Positions 47,212 to 60,778 of a stretch of DNA of 64,000 nucleotides are shown here, piece after piece; within the stretch, counting starts at the first letter, position 1; each line of letters begins with the position of its first letter. The position numbers were made by a program, and so were the translations under genes. Source of the stretch: Lepidodermella squamata (lineage: Eukaryota > Animalia > Gastrotricha); the NCBI GenBank assembly GCA_047495785.1, contig JBLDXI010000013.1:2356001-2420000 (forward strand), given 5' to 3'. Below the pieces are notes generated by a model. It did no database searches and was not told the origin of the DNA. It saw only the letters and a program-made list of their open reading frames with translations.

Positions 47212-49610
47212 GCGTCGTAGCTGATCTGATCGATATATTTCTGGTAATGTCCGAATCTGAAAGGTGAGGAACAGTAACTCAGAGCTCAATGACTATTGTG
47301 ATTTAATTGCAGCTTACTTCATGTGCTGTTGCCCTTGGTTGATGTAACAGTTCCCGGTATCTTTAGGCTTTCTGGAAACAATACTCGTCAAAGTCGTCTC
47401 ATCGTGAGTGTTCCTTTCCTGTTAACTGATTTACTTGTCATTAACCGGAACTTACGCAGGATACGGTCCGGTCGGGACTTGATGCAAAGTCTTTGGAGCT
47501 AAATTCTCATGATGTAGCCACAGTTATCAAGCAAGTCTTACGCGAATATCCGGGTCGACTTTTTGATTCTACTACCGAAAGTGTCCTTTCGCGCCTGGTC
47601 AAAGATAACAGCGAGGCCTCGTTTCAGTAAGCTTTGACTGTTTCAGCTATGTGCCAGCAGATGATAATTTTACTAATCTAGGCGGATGCAAGAAGTTCTG
47701 AACCAGTTATCGCCCGACAGGATATCATTTCTAGCCGTTGTTTTGCCTTTTCTGAACAAAGTGTCGCTGATGTCTGACGTCAACAAGATGGACGCAATGA
47801 ATCTAGCGCGAGTTATAGCTTTGGATTTTTTCCCTGATATCAGCAATCCAATGGGGACCGATTCTACTCTAGTGCGACAGATCATTGATGTAGGCTTTAA
47901 CTATCTATTCGAACTATTATTCATCGAACACATTTTAATAGTGGCGTATAAAAGTTGTCGAGCGTCTTATCATGTTCGGTGATAGAATGATTGAAGAGGG
48001 CCGGGCTCTTCCAGTAACGCCCTTAACGCATATCCCATCAGCAACTTCAGTTACTCCGGTACATGGAAAAACGGAGAGCACTACTAATTGTTTACCTGGT
48101 GATGCTAGTCAGAAGCGAAAACGCCCACCACAATCCCCCTTGAAATGTGAGACTTGATGATGCTCTTATTTCATCCATTTTAACCTTGCTTCATAGCTGT
48201 ATGGCACGGATTGACAAATATATTCAGCAAGACACCTCGCCCTGGAAGACCAGAGAGCACACCGCCAAATGGAACTCCAAGTTTCTTCAGCAGAGTTTCT
48301 AACCGTTTGTGTCCATCTGGCAAGAAAGTGTATGTTATATCTGAGGATTTAATTCACGATTTTTCACACTAACTATGCATTTACAGAAAGCACGAGGAGG
48401 ACGAAATAACCTCTGGATACAAATCAGACGACAATTCGCTGCGATGCCCACCTGTAAAACAAAAGTAAGTTTTTGTTTTCAAATCTTTTCGTATTGACTT
48501 GAGAGATTCTCTTGAAGCTTGCGGTCGAAATTCTCGCATAAGAAAAAGTCTCCCAAGGTTACAACACCCGGTCGTTTGAAAACACCTTCAACGCCGCTAT
48601 GTACCAGCAATTACGGAACTTTCTCGAGGAATCCGTTCCCGCCACAAGAAATGCGAACAGAGGTTCGAACCGAGTTTTTCGACTTCTCGAAGAATCAAGG
48701 CGAGAAAACTACATCGGCAATATTGCAATCAAAAGATGATTTGGATCAATCAACCCAGTGTAACGTTCCGTTTGTTTTCTCATCTTCACAACAAAATTTA
48801 TCGGGAAACACAACGCTGACGAGTGTTGCGCTCAGTATGCACCACGACGATCCGCGGCCTCAGTTATCGCCTGTTAATATATCGCCGGAATTTCATCGAG
48901 AAGACGACGATGAAAATGCGCCTAATCCTCTAGTCGACAACAATTTTACCGGGGAGAGCAATAGCTGCAGCAATAGCAATAACTACGAAAATATCGACGA
49001 CTACAACATGGTTACCGAGGATGCGATGGAAACTGAAATGACAACGTCAAATTCGTCGAATTCGCTGTTATTACCCGTTCACATTCCAGAGCCCTCACCT
49101 TCGATATCTCACCTGCAAGAGGAAATGCGTGATTCGTTGTGCGATTTGCTGAATATTGGTGGACCGCGCTGCCGCCAGCCGGTTATGGAGGCGAAAAGCT
49201 CGAGCCAGAATGAAATTTTCGAGACGACTTTCGATCCAGAAAAAGACGAGGCCGAGAAACGATTAATCGCTCAAGTCAGACGTCAGGTTTGATTTCGTAA
49301 TAAATTTTTCTTTATAAGTAATATTTATCTGTGTTTTCAGCTCGGCCCTAACGGCCAATGCCAGAGTCAAGCTTCGGGTTCTCGAAGGCCTAGTGTAGTG
49401 AATCTCGAGAGAAGTGCTATGGTTAGCCAGGGGAAGCGGCTGTGGGAACAAGGCGGACCCTGCCCGTCTTCATCGATGAGCAACTATTCATCGGCTTTCA
49501 ATTTGGCACTGCAAAATGCTGGCATTTTGAACCCAGCCGATCCGGCGATGCAATCGAACAGTTTCCCGCGAACCCATGTCAGCTCGACAAAACGGCAGAC
49601 CGATCTTTGA
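47212..49610 (+). CDS. RhoGAP-domain protein (ARHGAP11A-like; 5' end uncertain)
   Basis: Arginine finger PGIFRLSG, HDVATVIKQVLREYP, FLNKVS..NKMDAMNLARV, then a long low-complexity tail. Candidate first exon at 45937-46017 (LESYGITLK). Confidence 0.78.
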
Positions 49611-50615
49611 TTGTTGCTAGTTAGCTTTCATACATGTATCTGGTGCATTTTTAACTAGTTTTTACGCCTGGTTTGTACCAGAAATTTTACAACTAGTGGT
49701 AAATATATGTTTATCCAGCGTAGAGTGTCACGACTTCTTGCGTGTTTGCCGCGTCCGTCACCTGCTGGCCATCACTGCCCAGTTCGCTGCCCGCGCGATG
49801 AGTTGAAAGTAGTGGTGTTTATTCAGTAAATGCGCTAGGTCGGTTGTTTTTATTTCAACAATCTCGGCTTATTTACTCCACGCTACGGGCGCGCAAAATT
49901 TGCGGCTGTGTTTGCATGTTTTGTGTGTGTCTCTAGTAATATCAAGTTGAATGTGAATGAGGCTGATGATGATGGTGATGATGATGTGATGGGATCATAG
50001 AACCAAAAGGCCTAGATAAAATACGCGTTATTACCTGTGTATGTCACTTTTAGCCAATTGATGATGAGTCTTTTTGTACCAGCTCTTGTTATTACTATTA
50101 TTATTATTGCTATTATTATTATTCTTATTATTATTATTATTCGCCACCATCGTCTGTTTTAATGGTACGAACCAACGTGACAGATTTTATTATTAATTGT
50201 ATGCATGTGATTCTTGTGTTAATTTACCCCCGCTGAAAATTGACGAGGTTTGTTTGTCTTTAAGCTGTCCTGTGTCACTCGCGACCAATCTTTCTGATGA
50301 TAATGTTATCACGGCTTGTCACTTTCGCGTCATCGCCGCGTATAATAACTGCCACACTGCTGCTCCTGCCCGTTTGATAAATATCAACAATAAATAATAA
50401 CTAAATCAACATTAATAAATCGTTTTCGCTAGACTGACCTCGTCAACTTTCGTTTTTTCGAGTGGTTATCGGTCATTTTTGATTCTAAATATCATGGTAT
50501 ACCAATACCACGCGTTCTTTGAGTCGCGCAACCATTCTCTAATTTTGAAAATTTTGCAGAAATTTTACCTATTTATAAAAATATTTCAACTGCTAGCACT
50601 TAACACTTATGATCC

Positions 50616-50905
50616 ATCTTAGTGGAACCACCTAATCCTTAGGACTAAAGAGTAGATCGAATTGGCTTGACTAAGAATTACTGAAGCACGCGATTGGGTA
50701 GATTTTCCAGCGCCTTAGCAAGTTATTTCCCAAAAAAACTGAAAAATCTCAAAAGAAAAATGCTTGGCCACCGCGAGTCCGGGAAATTCATATTTTCCTT
50801 TCTTTTCAAGAAATAACTTGCGAAGGCACTGGAAAATCTACCCAATCGCGTGCTTCAACAATTAAGCCAATAGCTATTTTGTGGATTCGGTGGCTCCACC
50901 AAGAT
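50616..50905. repeat. Foldback / long inverted repeat (probable MITE)
   Basis: Outer 23-bp arms (atcttagtggaaccacctaatcc / ggattcggtggctccaccaagat) and inner 48-bp arms (tgaagcacgcgattgggtagattttccag..) with 2 mismatches. Confidence 0.85.
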
Positions 50906-53900
50906 TCACCGAAGAAATTTGAAGTTTACCAGAGAAAAGTTTCGAGTGTAACTGGGTCTGTAATCTTCGGTGTTTTAAACATTTCCCGTTGAAGTTTCAT
51001 ACTCGGTTACCATTCTCATCATAATTGGAATTTGACTGGCCGCGAGATGTGACTTAACATTTGAAGTGGTTACGTATCCAAAACCAAATTTCTTCTTTGA
51101 ATCTCAATCAATTATATTTGAATAATACAAAAATTCACGTTTTTATGCATAATTTATGAAATTTCCTTACTCTTCGGGGACTGCATCTCGCATTCTGTCG
51201 TGTTCCCTAGGAAAAAACGATCAAACTAGAAAGCCCATGTTTTCGGGATATGTTAACATTAAAATACGGGCTGATAGATGCAACCTAGGACCCCTTTAGC
51301 TAAAAAACTTGGTCAGTTTAGTTCATTCGCTAGTGACCATTTTCGCTATTTACTTCCAGTGGAAGAAGAGTTTTAGCGAGCCAATGTGCGCAGCTTAGTC
51401 ATGGTTCGTGGCGGCGGTATATTAAAAGCGCATGTTGTAATACCGAGGAGGCTTTTTTAGTTTCCTCAGGAAGATGGCGCTCGTGATGATAAAAGATGTA
51501 TAAGATGAGGTCCCTCTTTTGCGCAAAGCGGTGTCAACACGCGGCGGCGGCAGCGGCATTTCCGCAGTTTTACCGCCGCGTGTTTTGCGCGCACATGTGC
51601 GACGACGTGCCCGGGCGCATTTTTGTACGTTCCCGACCACGGCGTGGATAATATATTGTTTGTCGACTGGCTCAGTCACTCAGTCATCTCCTCATCGCCG
51701 CTCGTGTATGTACTTGCCTGCTGCGACATGCAGCAGGACACACAGCTGTCGTGTGTTGTAACGCGCAACAAAGATAGCGGCTTGTTTTTGTTGCGCTAAG
51801 CCGTTGCGCATTTTTCTGCAACTGACCAAATTGCGGCAAACAGAGCAGAACTACACTCTTGTTTTGCAAGCTGTGTTTTTGTTCAGGTCGCAATCATAAA
51901 CAATCATTAAGCCGCGTGTTTTCTGTTTGTTCCCGCCGTTATAGACCCGTTTTTCGCCGCAACCTTCCCACGCCTTTTCAAAATAACCGCCGGAAACTAT
52001 TCAATGGCCATTGAAACCTTTTTGTTATATATAACGTAATCAAAAACTGCTCTATTTTCGTTGCATTATTTTTTCCCGTGTTTTTGGGCCAATTAACGTT
52101 TTTGATAATCAGACGTAGTATAGGCGGGGGAACGTGCCCTAACAATGCGTTGTTATTTGTAACATACTCCAGTTCCTAATTGAATTATTGGCTTAATATT
52201 TCTTGTAAATAAATACAAGCGCGCCGCAACACTTGATTTCAGACAAGGCAAGGCGCGTCGTAGGAATGTGCTGTTCCGTTCTGACGCCACGCGTTATTAC
52301 CTGGTGAACAATGCTCATATATGTTGTAGCCAGGCCGTCGACAAGCGAACGAGTCAAGTCTCGGTCAGCATTTTGCGCGCGACAAGGGGCGGATATGTAG
52401 GCGTTCGGGGGCATTAGCAACGCTGCGCGGCAACATTCTGCTCTCGAGGATGATTATTTACCCGGTTATTTGTGTTAAAACAGCCGGTCCCTATTTAGCT
52501 ATCCGATAGCCATTGCAAATACATTGTAGATAGCGACTGATAAACAGTTGAGATCAACATTAGGTATTTATAACAACCCGACTGTGGTTGGCGAAATTTT
52601 TTTATTATGACGACGATTGTCTCGGCGCAAAATTTCGCACGCCCAGCCACCTTAATTCGTTGCGGCTCATTTAATCGCGCGCCTGTTGTGTGAGGGTGCG
52701 TTGCTATTCAAACACTCAGTGTATATTATACTTCATTAAGTTTCACTCCCAGGCTGTTGATTCAAAGGTATTTTCTCTCATCTTTCACCTGCTGGGCTCT
52801 CGAAAATCTATTATTTAAAGGCCTCATAGTGTAAGCATTTCACCACGACACTTGTCGTTTTTATGCGCCACCTTTGTGGAATATTTACGACTTGGTTTTG
52901 TTATTGCGATGAAGGCTAGTAATATCATCATCCAAGTTTCTAATAATCGTAATAGCCCGTAATAAGTGTGATAAGCTACGCCTCCATCGCGAACTGTGAA
53001 AATGCAAGGGTCAAGTGTTGGCGATATCTTTGTATATTAAAATTTATAACGCTAATCTGTCTTTGCGCGCGCGCGTGTGCGTATGTTCACTGCTTTTCTT
53101 TGTTATTTCCGATAGTGCTAACCGCAATTATTGTTATTGTTTATTGGGAAAATGACAGAGCGGCTAGGTTCCGCGACATTTTAACCCGCTTTGTTCCGCG
53201 GCCACTCAACATCCATTGTCACAATATTTACACTCACTTGGCGTGTTTTTTTCCCCTCTCCCTGCAGCGTCATCGAGACGCATATCATGTTTTGAGGAGG
53301 CTTGTTGTCAATAATGGAACCATTTTTTGCTGCTTCCCATCTGCCGCGCCGTTCTAAAGCAGCGCGATTCATTCGCTAATTTGCGCATATTAAACACCAC
53401 CAGGCATTTTTACCTACCGGCCTTTTTACGCTTTTTGATAGTCAGGTCCTAATAATTTGAGTTGATATCACTTGATGTCGCGCTACAATAGCTCAAGGAT
53501 AGTATAAAAACAAACGCTGGTTCCGGTGCGGTTGCGTTAGCTATAATTATTTTAGCGGCGAAAAGTGATACACATTAAACCGCCAAAAGTTCAGTTCGCT
53601 TTGAGGCAGCTTCGGTGCAGCCGCGTAAATACCTCTTTAATGATATTTTTATACGTTGAAATTAATGAAGCGCGCGAAGCCGCGAAAAGTGGCGATGGGT
53701 GTTGACTAGTTTTTATTTTTATTATAAATATTAGCTATGGGATTTTTCTCGTGATTTTATACTTGCAAATTATTTCAATTAAAATTCATTCATGCAGAAA
53801 AAGAGCAGGCTGTGTTTGTTGTTGATCGTGGCTCGAGTTTTGTTTATCGTAAAACTTGAAAAATAAACTGCGGCTACGATTTTCGGCCGAGTAGGTCGGG

Positions 53901-54189
53901 TTTTTTTTACTGCCACTTGAGCGTAAGAAGACAAGAGAGGAACTTCTAGTGCAGCTTGAGTACCTTCATCGCCAGACTGCCAGCTGTTTTATCCACGCTG
54001 GCATCTAATACACATTTTAGCGCGCGGTTATTATCTCATTAATCTACTGCTTATTTTTACAATAATAGTGTAATATTGCATATAGCAGTTTAATATTTCT
54101 TCCTCTACCACTTTTAGCGGTTTTGTAGGAATTACAATAAACGCGTGTTTTACTACAACATATTCGAGGAAGACATGACATAGGACGCG

Positions 54190-57100
54190 ATGGCGGCCAA
54201 TTATGTCAACGTGTTAGACCCGCGTCTGCTGTCGTCGATGATGTCGTCTGCTCAACAACATGATCAACAGCAACAGCAACAGTCCAAGTTCAAACTGGTG
54301 CGATCGCCGCGGTTTGTCAAGCAATTGAGCGATATTAGGGCGGCTGGCCGTCAGCAATTGCAGCAAACGGGTGAGAGGCGGCTGTCTCCGCCGTATCAAC
54401 AACCGCCGCAGCCTATCGATCCCGCGTCGCTTTTGCTCATGATAAATGGTGCTTTTCCAAGTCCGCGATCTACTTGTAAGTAAATTACCTTTCAATAAGA
54501 TTGAAATTTCACTGAAGCTAGAGAACCCATCCATATACCAGATGGGGAAAATTTAATGACAAAGGACCCTTGTAGTTATTTTTTAGAGATCAGACAGAAT
54601 TTACAAATTACGAACTTGAGTTCGAATCCCGTTGAAGATTCAATTCTAGCTGAAAGCTTTCAAGTTTACGGTTCGTTTCACAGATCGGTATTTTCGATAG
54701 TTTATTGGATCCTGAGGTGTTGCTAGATGGAAAATGGCAAAAGAACATGATAATTGAAGGTTGAAGTACAACTTAAGCTGTTTTTCCTTTTCTGCTTGTA
54801 CTTCATTGATGAACAACTATCAGAAATTCTAAAATGAGAGGCGATAACCTTTTAAATGGTGAGAAATGTTCAAATGCCATTGAAATGGCTATTGGATATG
54901 AAACTTTTCAACATCAATATAAAACCGTAGAAATAAGGACAAACCGTGTAATTACCGAACCATCTACCCTTAGGGTTTTATTCGGTAAATTTTAAATGTT
55001 ATTAAATCAAGGATGAAAGATGGGAGATGTGATCGGTTGGTTTAAATTCAGAAAAATAGATAAGAAGACTGAAAAAGTTCAAAATCAGACAAAGATCCCG
55101 CAACTTATGTGGTTCAACGCATTTTCTGAATTTTGGGGCTTTCCGTTGCGAATGGTTTTAGGAACTTTCTAAATTTTTAGAATTTGGGTTTTATTTTACA
55201 TATTATCATCCAAAAATGATATTCATCCTGGCAACCAATATACTAATTACTTCACAGTGGCTAGAAACTTGCTGCGGATTAGGGCCAACATTTGATATTA
55301 TTTTTTCGTTTTGTTCCATTTTCTGGGCGGACTTGGTGATAAATGGCGAGAAAATGGCCAAACCAATCTTATCTTTACTATTTATGGCTTTCATTTTATT
55401 CTCGGAAATGGGTCGAATATTCGTTATCTGTTGAGCTGAAGGCCCATATATCAATGACCATATTAGATAAATCACGGTTTTTTTATCATTAACTCAAATT
55501 TAACCACGACAACTCCTTTTTTACTGTCCGTTCTTTTTTAGCAACCACCGCCAGTTCTGACAATCTGCAACTTTCGGAGGCGCCGCAGCCCGCGCGGCCG
55601 CCTGCTTTCGTCTCACCGCAACAAGTTCAACTAGCTCCAAGAACGCTGTTAATCGTACCTCAACCCGCTCATAACACTAGCGTCAACAAAAACCAATCCG
55701 TCTCATCATCAGAGCCTTATTCAACAACAACAAATTCTCAACTAGCCGCAATTTCATGCCTCGCCTCGCCGCCGTGGACTCGCTCAACATCGCCGGCTTC
55801 AACGCTTTCGAACGCCAACTCGCTATCTCCTCCCCTCGCTCGGCCCAACTTCAACCGCGTACCAGCAGCCGTTGTTGTCCATCATCACCACCACCGTCAT
55901 TCTTCTCCGATTTCGAGTAAGCCTGCGCGAGAAGAACCGGTGCTGCTGATCAACTCGCTGAGAAACGCGCCGAAACTCAGCCGACGAGATGGCGAAAATC
56001 TCCAACCTCCGTTGTCTCAACACGCCTTCCCTTCACCTCCCATGCCACCGCCTCTTCCTCCACCTACTAAAACAATCAACCCTCCTCAACAACAGCCGGC
56101 GAGGTCGAGGTCGGTGGCGAAACGTTGCTCAGAACCGCCGCTTCCGTTAACACCGTGCCAACTCATCAGCACGACCACTCGTCCTGTCAATGTGCGTCCT
56201 AGGTCTACATCAATGCCGGCCTTCGCCGCGAATGACGACGAAAATGAAGAGCCCTTTACTATGAGTAAGTTCCGAAATTTACTTACTACAAAATCGAACC
56301 TAGTAGAAACCTAGTCTTACTACAAAATCGAAAATTTCCATCGCTAAGGGAACTTGGGGTTCCTTCAAAATTTTTTCATATCGAAACTAAATGGTAAACT
56401 AAATGTCCTGATTTAGCAGTCTTTTTTCATTTTAGATTTTCTTACGTCTAACCAGCAGGCTCTTGATGATTTTCAAAATTGTCGAAAATTCAAGATTTGC
56501 TGAGGTCTGAAATCTTGAAATCTTGAGTTATTGAAGCGTTTAGGTGGCAAAGAATTCAGAATTTAGAATTTAGAAAAATTCACAAAAATTTTCATGAATG
56601 TGCTGTTGCCGCTTAGAAGTAAAACAAATAATTAATAAGCTCAAAATTTGGATCTTGTAGCCCGAAACTTATTCTTATTTCATGATAGAAAATATGAATT
56701 ATACCATTCTATGTCTTTTAGGCCAAGCACGTGAAACGCCTCACAGCCCAAGCACGTGAAACAGACATGTGACATCACGTGATTGATTTTGTACCAGATT
56801 TGCGCAACATTCATAAAAACTTCATTTTTAATTGATAGCCACGCAAATAAACACGTGGCGTCAACCTACTTACGTAGTGGATGGTCGCGTGCCAAACGTT
56901 TTTTTTCTATAAAATCAGCCAATGAGGAAAAACTGGGATTTTTACAAAATTGATAGCCAATTTTCTTCATCTCTATGTTTTGTATTTTATTTAGTTCCAT
57001 ATCCCAATGTCGATCCGAAAGAACTACCCGAGCAGTCGTGGGCCTATCGAAATGTTCGCAAACTCGTCTCACGGTTGTCAGCCCACGTCAAAGCTCGACG

Positions 57101-57755
57101 GGCTTCAACCGGCCGTTCGTCATCACCCGTCACTATTCGCAACGCCTTCAGCACAAACACGCTAGCTGAATCTGCTCCTCAGCGGCCTGAGAACGAAATT
57201 CGAACCGAGCTAACGCAGATTTCTCAGTTGGTCCGCGAGCAGTTCGGCGGAAGTTTAGCCTCAGTCCTCAAAACATCGCGTCGAGAATCGGCGCCGGCCG
57301 ACTTGAAAGTTGGCCCAATCACGTACGGAATGCCGAAAACGAAGCCTCAACCAACTCTGAGACTCACCTCCGGCCGGACTGTGCCGGTTGAAAGCGTGAA
57401 AAGGACGCAGAAACATCGCCGATATTCGCCAGTTCAAGTGCCGATTGATCCGACGCGATTTCGCCGAATCGAGCCGGTTGTGACGTGCCAAAACCGGGCG
57501 GTTAAATGCAACGCCTGCGTTTACTGCCTATCCGCCAACTCGCCAATGTCAAGGTACGGCCTTCGCGGCCAGCACGTGCATCTACCGCCGGAAGAACTCG
57601 ACTTGAGCGCGCGAAAAATCGATCAATTTTTCGATGACGATGCAAGTTTCGACGAAACGGACATTGCGCGATCGGCGTTTTCGCCGGAATACGGCTTCCC
57701 CGACCCAGTTACGGACGACATGTTTCAGCGATCGATCCGAGCTGTTCGATTCTGA
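54190..57755 (+). CDS. Uncharacterised Pro/Ser/Gln-rich protein, 3 exons
   Basis: Exons ~54190-54475, 55542-56264 and ~56995-57755 join in frame through phase-1 GT-AG introns. Small C-terminal Cys cluster TCQNRAVKCNACVYC. No family recognised. Confidence 0.72.
56728..56857. promoter_or_regulatory. Intronic cluster of canonical E-boxes
   Basis: CACGTG at 56728, 56753, 56776 and 56852, plus CATGTG at 56766. Confidence 0.5.
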
Positions 57756-58108
57756 TTTGTATCTTCCATAGCTTGAAAAAATGCATAATTTTTTGGTTTC
57801 TTTTGAAATTTTCTAAGCGGAGGCTGAACAACTTTTTGTTATGACTAGCCATGTTTTACATCTTGTTCTTTTTTTAGTTGTGAGACGACCATCAATTCAA
57901 GTAATTTTGTTGCTTGTTTGTTGTTACTGCTTGTTGAACCGATTCGATGAGTTTCTATTTACACTTTACAGTATGTTAAATGGACCAAAAAATTGCTTCC
58001 CAAACATTTTTGAATGAGAGAAACAGAAATAAAAGTTTTAAAAGCGCTTCTAATTGTAAACGGTGGCTTGCGTTTTGTTCTCAAGGTTTTTTTACAATTT
58101 TCAGTAAA

Positions 58109-59256
58109 ATGTCTGGAGATTCGGTGTTGAGGTGGGGCTTGGTAGGTGTCGGAATCATTACCCAAGATTTTCTACTGGCGATTCGACGGGCAGGACTCAA
58201 ACGCCATCGTCTTGTTGGCCTGGCCTCTTTATCCTCACCTGATAAAGCCCGAGAACTGGCTGAGAAGTTTGGAATCGAGAAAACTTACTCGAGTTATGAT
58301 GAGATGTTTGCGAATCCTGAAATAGGTATAGTATCTTAGTAATAGACTGAATTTTCAAGTTTTTACAGGATTTCCTGAAAACAGATGCGATTTACATCGG
58401 TTTGGTCCACCATCAACATTACCCGGTAGCTAAGGCTGCTCTACTGGCTGGTAAGGCCGTTCTTTGCGAGAAACCCCTCGCTTGCTCCTTGGAAGAAACC
58501 ATGGACCTGGTCGAAACAAGCCGCAAGACCAAAACCCTGCTAACCGAAGCGTTATGGTCGGCATTCTGCCCATCGTACGCCCGAGTTCGCGAGCTGATTT
58601 CAAACGCAAGCCCCGTCTCGCTTCAGGTGACGTTCACCCTAGCCTTCCCGGACCGCCCACCCCGGCCCGACAACCCGAAAATCGGCTACAACAGCGCCAT
58701 GTGGGGCATTGGAATTTACGCGGTTCATTTTGCCACGCTGGTTTTCGGCCCGAACCCGCGCCACGTTGCAGCTACTGGCCGCGTAGATTCGAACCACGTC
58801 GATCGCGGCGAATCGATAACTCTGCAGTATGGCCCGGAGAGTTCGCCTAAATTGGCTAGTCTGCTCGTAGACACCCAAAGCGGTGCGCCGAGCGATTGCG
58901 TCGCTACAATTTTCTGCCACGCCGGTAACCCAGCCGGCATTACAGCCATCAAAATCGCGCCTGAATTTTGGATGCCGAGTCGCATTGAAATTATCAAGGC
59001 GGATGGCTCGTCGACAGTCGAGCATTTCCCACTGCCAGGCGTTGTTGACGAGAAATTTAAGGCGGATAAATTTTTCCTACTCAACAGCGAGGGCCTGGCC
59101 TACGAAGCTGATGCTTTCGCGGATATTGTCGACGCGTGGAAGAAGTCGAATGGTACGGTTATTGAACACCCGCTGCGAAGCCATGAACAAACGATAAGTG
59201 ATGCGCGAGTCATGCAGACTTCTCTGGAAATGATTCGCAAGCAGCACAATGCGTGA
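58109..59256 (+). CDS. DHDH: Gfo/Idh/MocA oxidoreductase, DHDH-like paralog 1
   Basis: LRWGLVGVGII, KAVLCEKPL, EALWS..P, GIY and GLAYEA; one intron (~58326-58385). Confidence 0.9.
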
Positions 59257-59398
59257 CAAAATCTAAGTTGATTCTGACATACCGACGATTTTTCTCGAAC
59301 TATTTTTCGTTGATTTTTGATGCGGAATTCTCTATTTTTTCGATTAAATTGCTTTACCTATCCATTACTGAATAATTTTAGATTTTCTTGAATTATTG

Positions 59399-60635
59399 AT
59401 GGCATTGAAGTGGGGAATAATTGGCTGCGGTGGAATCAGCAATGATTTCTGTTTGTCGATTTTTCGAGCAAAATTTCCCCGCCATAAGTTGGTTGGAGCA
59501 GCATCTCGTTCTTCGCTCGAATCGGCCCAAAAATTCGCCAAGAAATTCAACATGCCAAAAGCTTTCGGAACTTACGATGAGCTTTTCGCCGACCCAGAGA
59601 TAAGTAAGGAAAATTGCGAGTTCATAAATGATTTAGAACAGAATTAAATTAAATTAAATCTTGAAATCGATTAAATTGAATCTTATTGAAAACATATTTG
59701 ATGTTTTCAGATGCGGTTTATATTGGAAATTTGAACCCTGATCACTTGGCAGCGGCATTGGCAGCTATCGATGCCGGAAAAGCCGTTTTATGCGAGAAAC
59801 CGCTGACCCTGAGCGGTGCAGATGACAAGCGAATTTTCGAAGCTGCCAAGGCTAAGGGTGTCCTAGTCGTTGAGGCGCTTTGGTCTCGCTTCAATCCGGT
59901 CTATGAGAGGATTCGTCAGCTATTGAAAACCCACAAGCCCGCAGCTTTATCCGTCAACTTCACGGTTGCAATCGAAAACAAGGATCGAGTCGCAAAGCCG
60001 GAATTTGGGTTCGTTCTATTCAATTCTCATCCGAACTTAAATTCATAATTTTATTCAGAGGGAGTGCCATGTTGGATATTGGCATCTACTGCGTCCAACT
60101 CGCCACCATGGTTTTCGGAGGGCAAGCTCCGACTAAAGTTTTAGCCAACGGCCAGCTGAACGACCTTGGGGTCGATATTGCCGAGAGTGTCTCCCTGGGC
60201 TACGCAGACGGTGGCCATGCCGCCCTGCTGATCGACGCCCGAAGTGGCAGTCCATCAATTTGCGAGGCTAAGGTCTTCTTCCTCCCCGGCGGTGAGTACA
60301 CCTCGGCTAAAATCGGCGCCCCGTTCTGGACGCCGACTCATTTGGAGCTGACCAAAACCGATGGGACAACGGTTAGGGAGGATTTCCCGCTGTTCCCGAA
60401 TGTCGATACTAATGATGGTTTGAGCTTTACCTTCGATAACAGTCAAGCCCTCGCGTATGAAGCCGATGGTTTTGCGGATGCGTTTGAAAAATGGCAGGCG
60501 ACCCGCGGCACTGAAAATCCGGTTATTGAACACCCGCTGCGGACACACAAGGACACGCTGATCGACGCGCATATCATGGACACGGTCATGGCTCAGCTGA
60601 AACGCCAGGCCCGAGCTGATTCAATTAAACAATGA
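59399..60635 (+). CDS. DHDH: DHDH-like paralog 2
   Basis: LKWGIIGCGGISNDF, AVLCEKPL, EALWSRFNP, AMLDIGIY and LAYEA; two introns. Confidence 0.92.
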
Positions 60636-60778
60636 TTACCTATACTTCAAAACAATCGAAATTCCATGACATTTGTTTGCCGTGCTAATTTTTTTGTGGC
60701 GTTGAATTAAATTTTATTTTGATGATTTCTTTTTTTCGGCTGAATAAAATCGTGTAATTTAGTAGGACGATTTTTATT

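Noticed and set aside
54615-54640. gagttcgaatccc resembles a tRNA T-loop / Pol III B-box
   Set aside because: No cloverleaf or A-box context around it.
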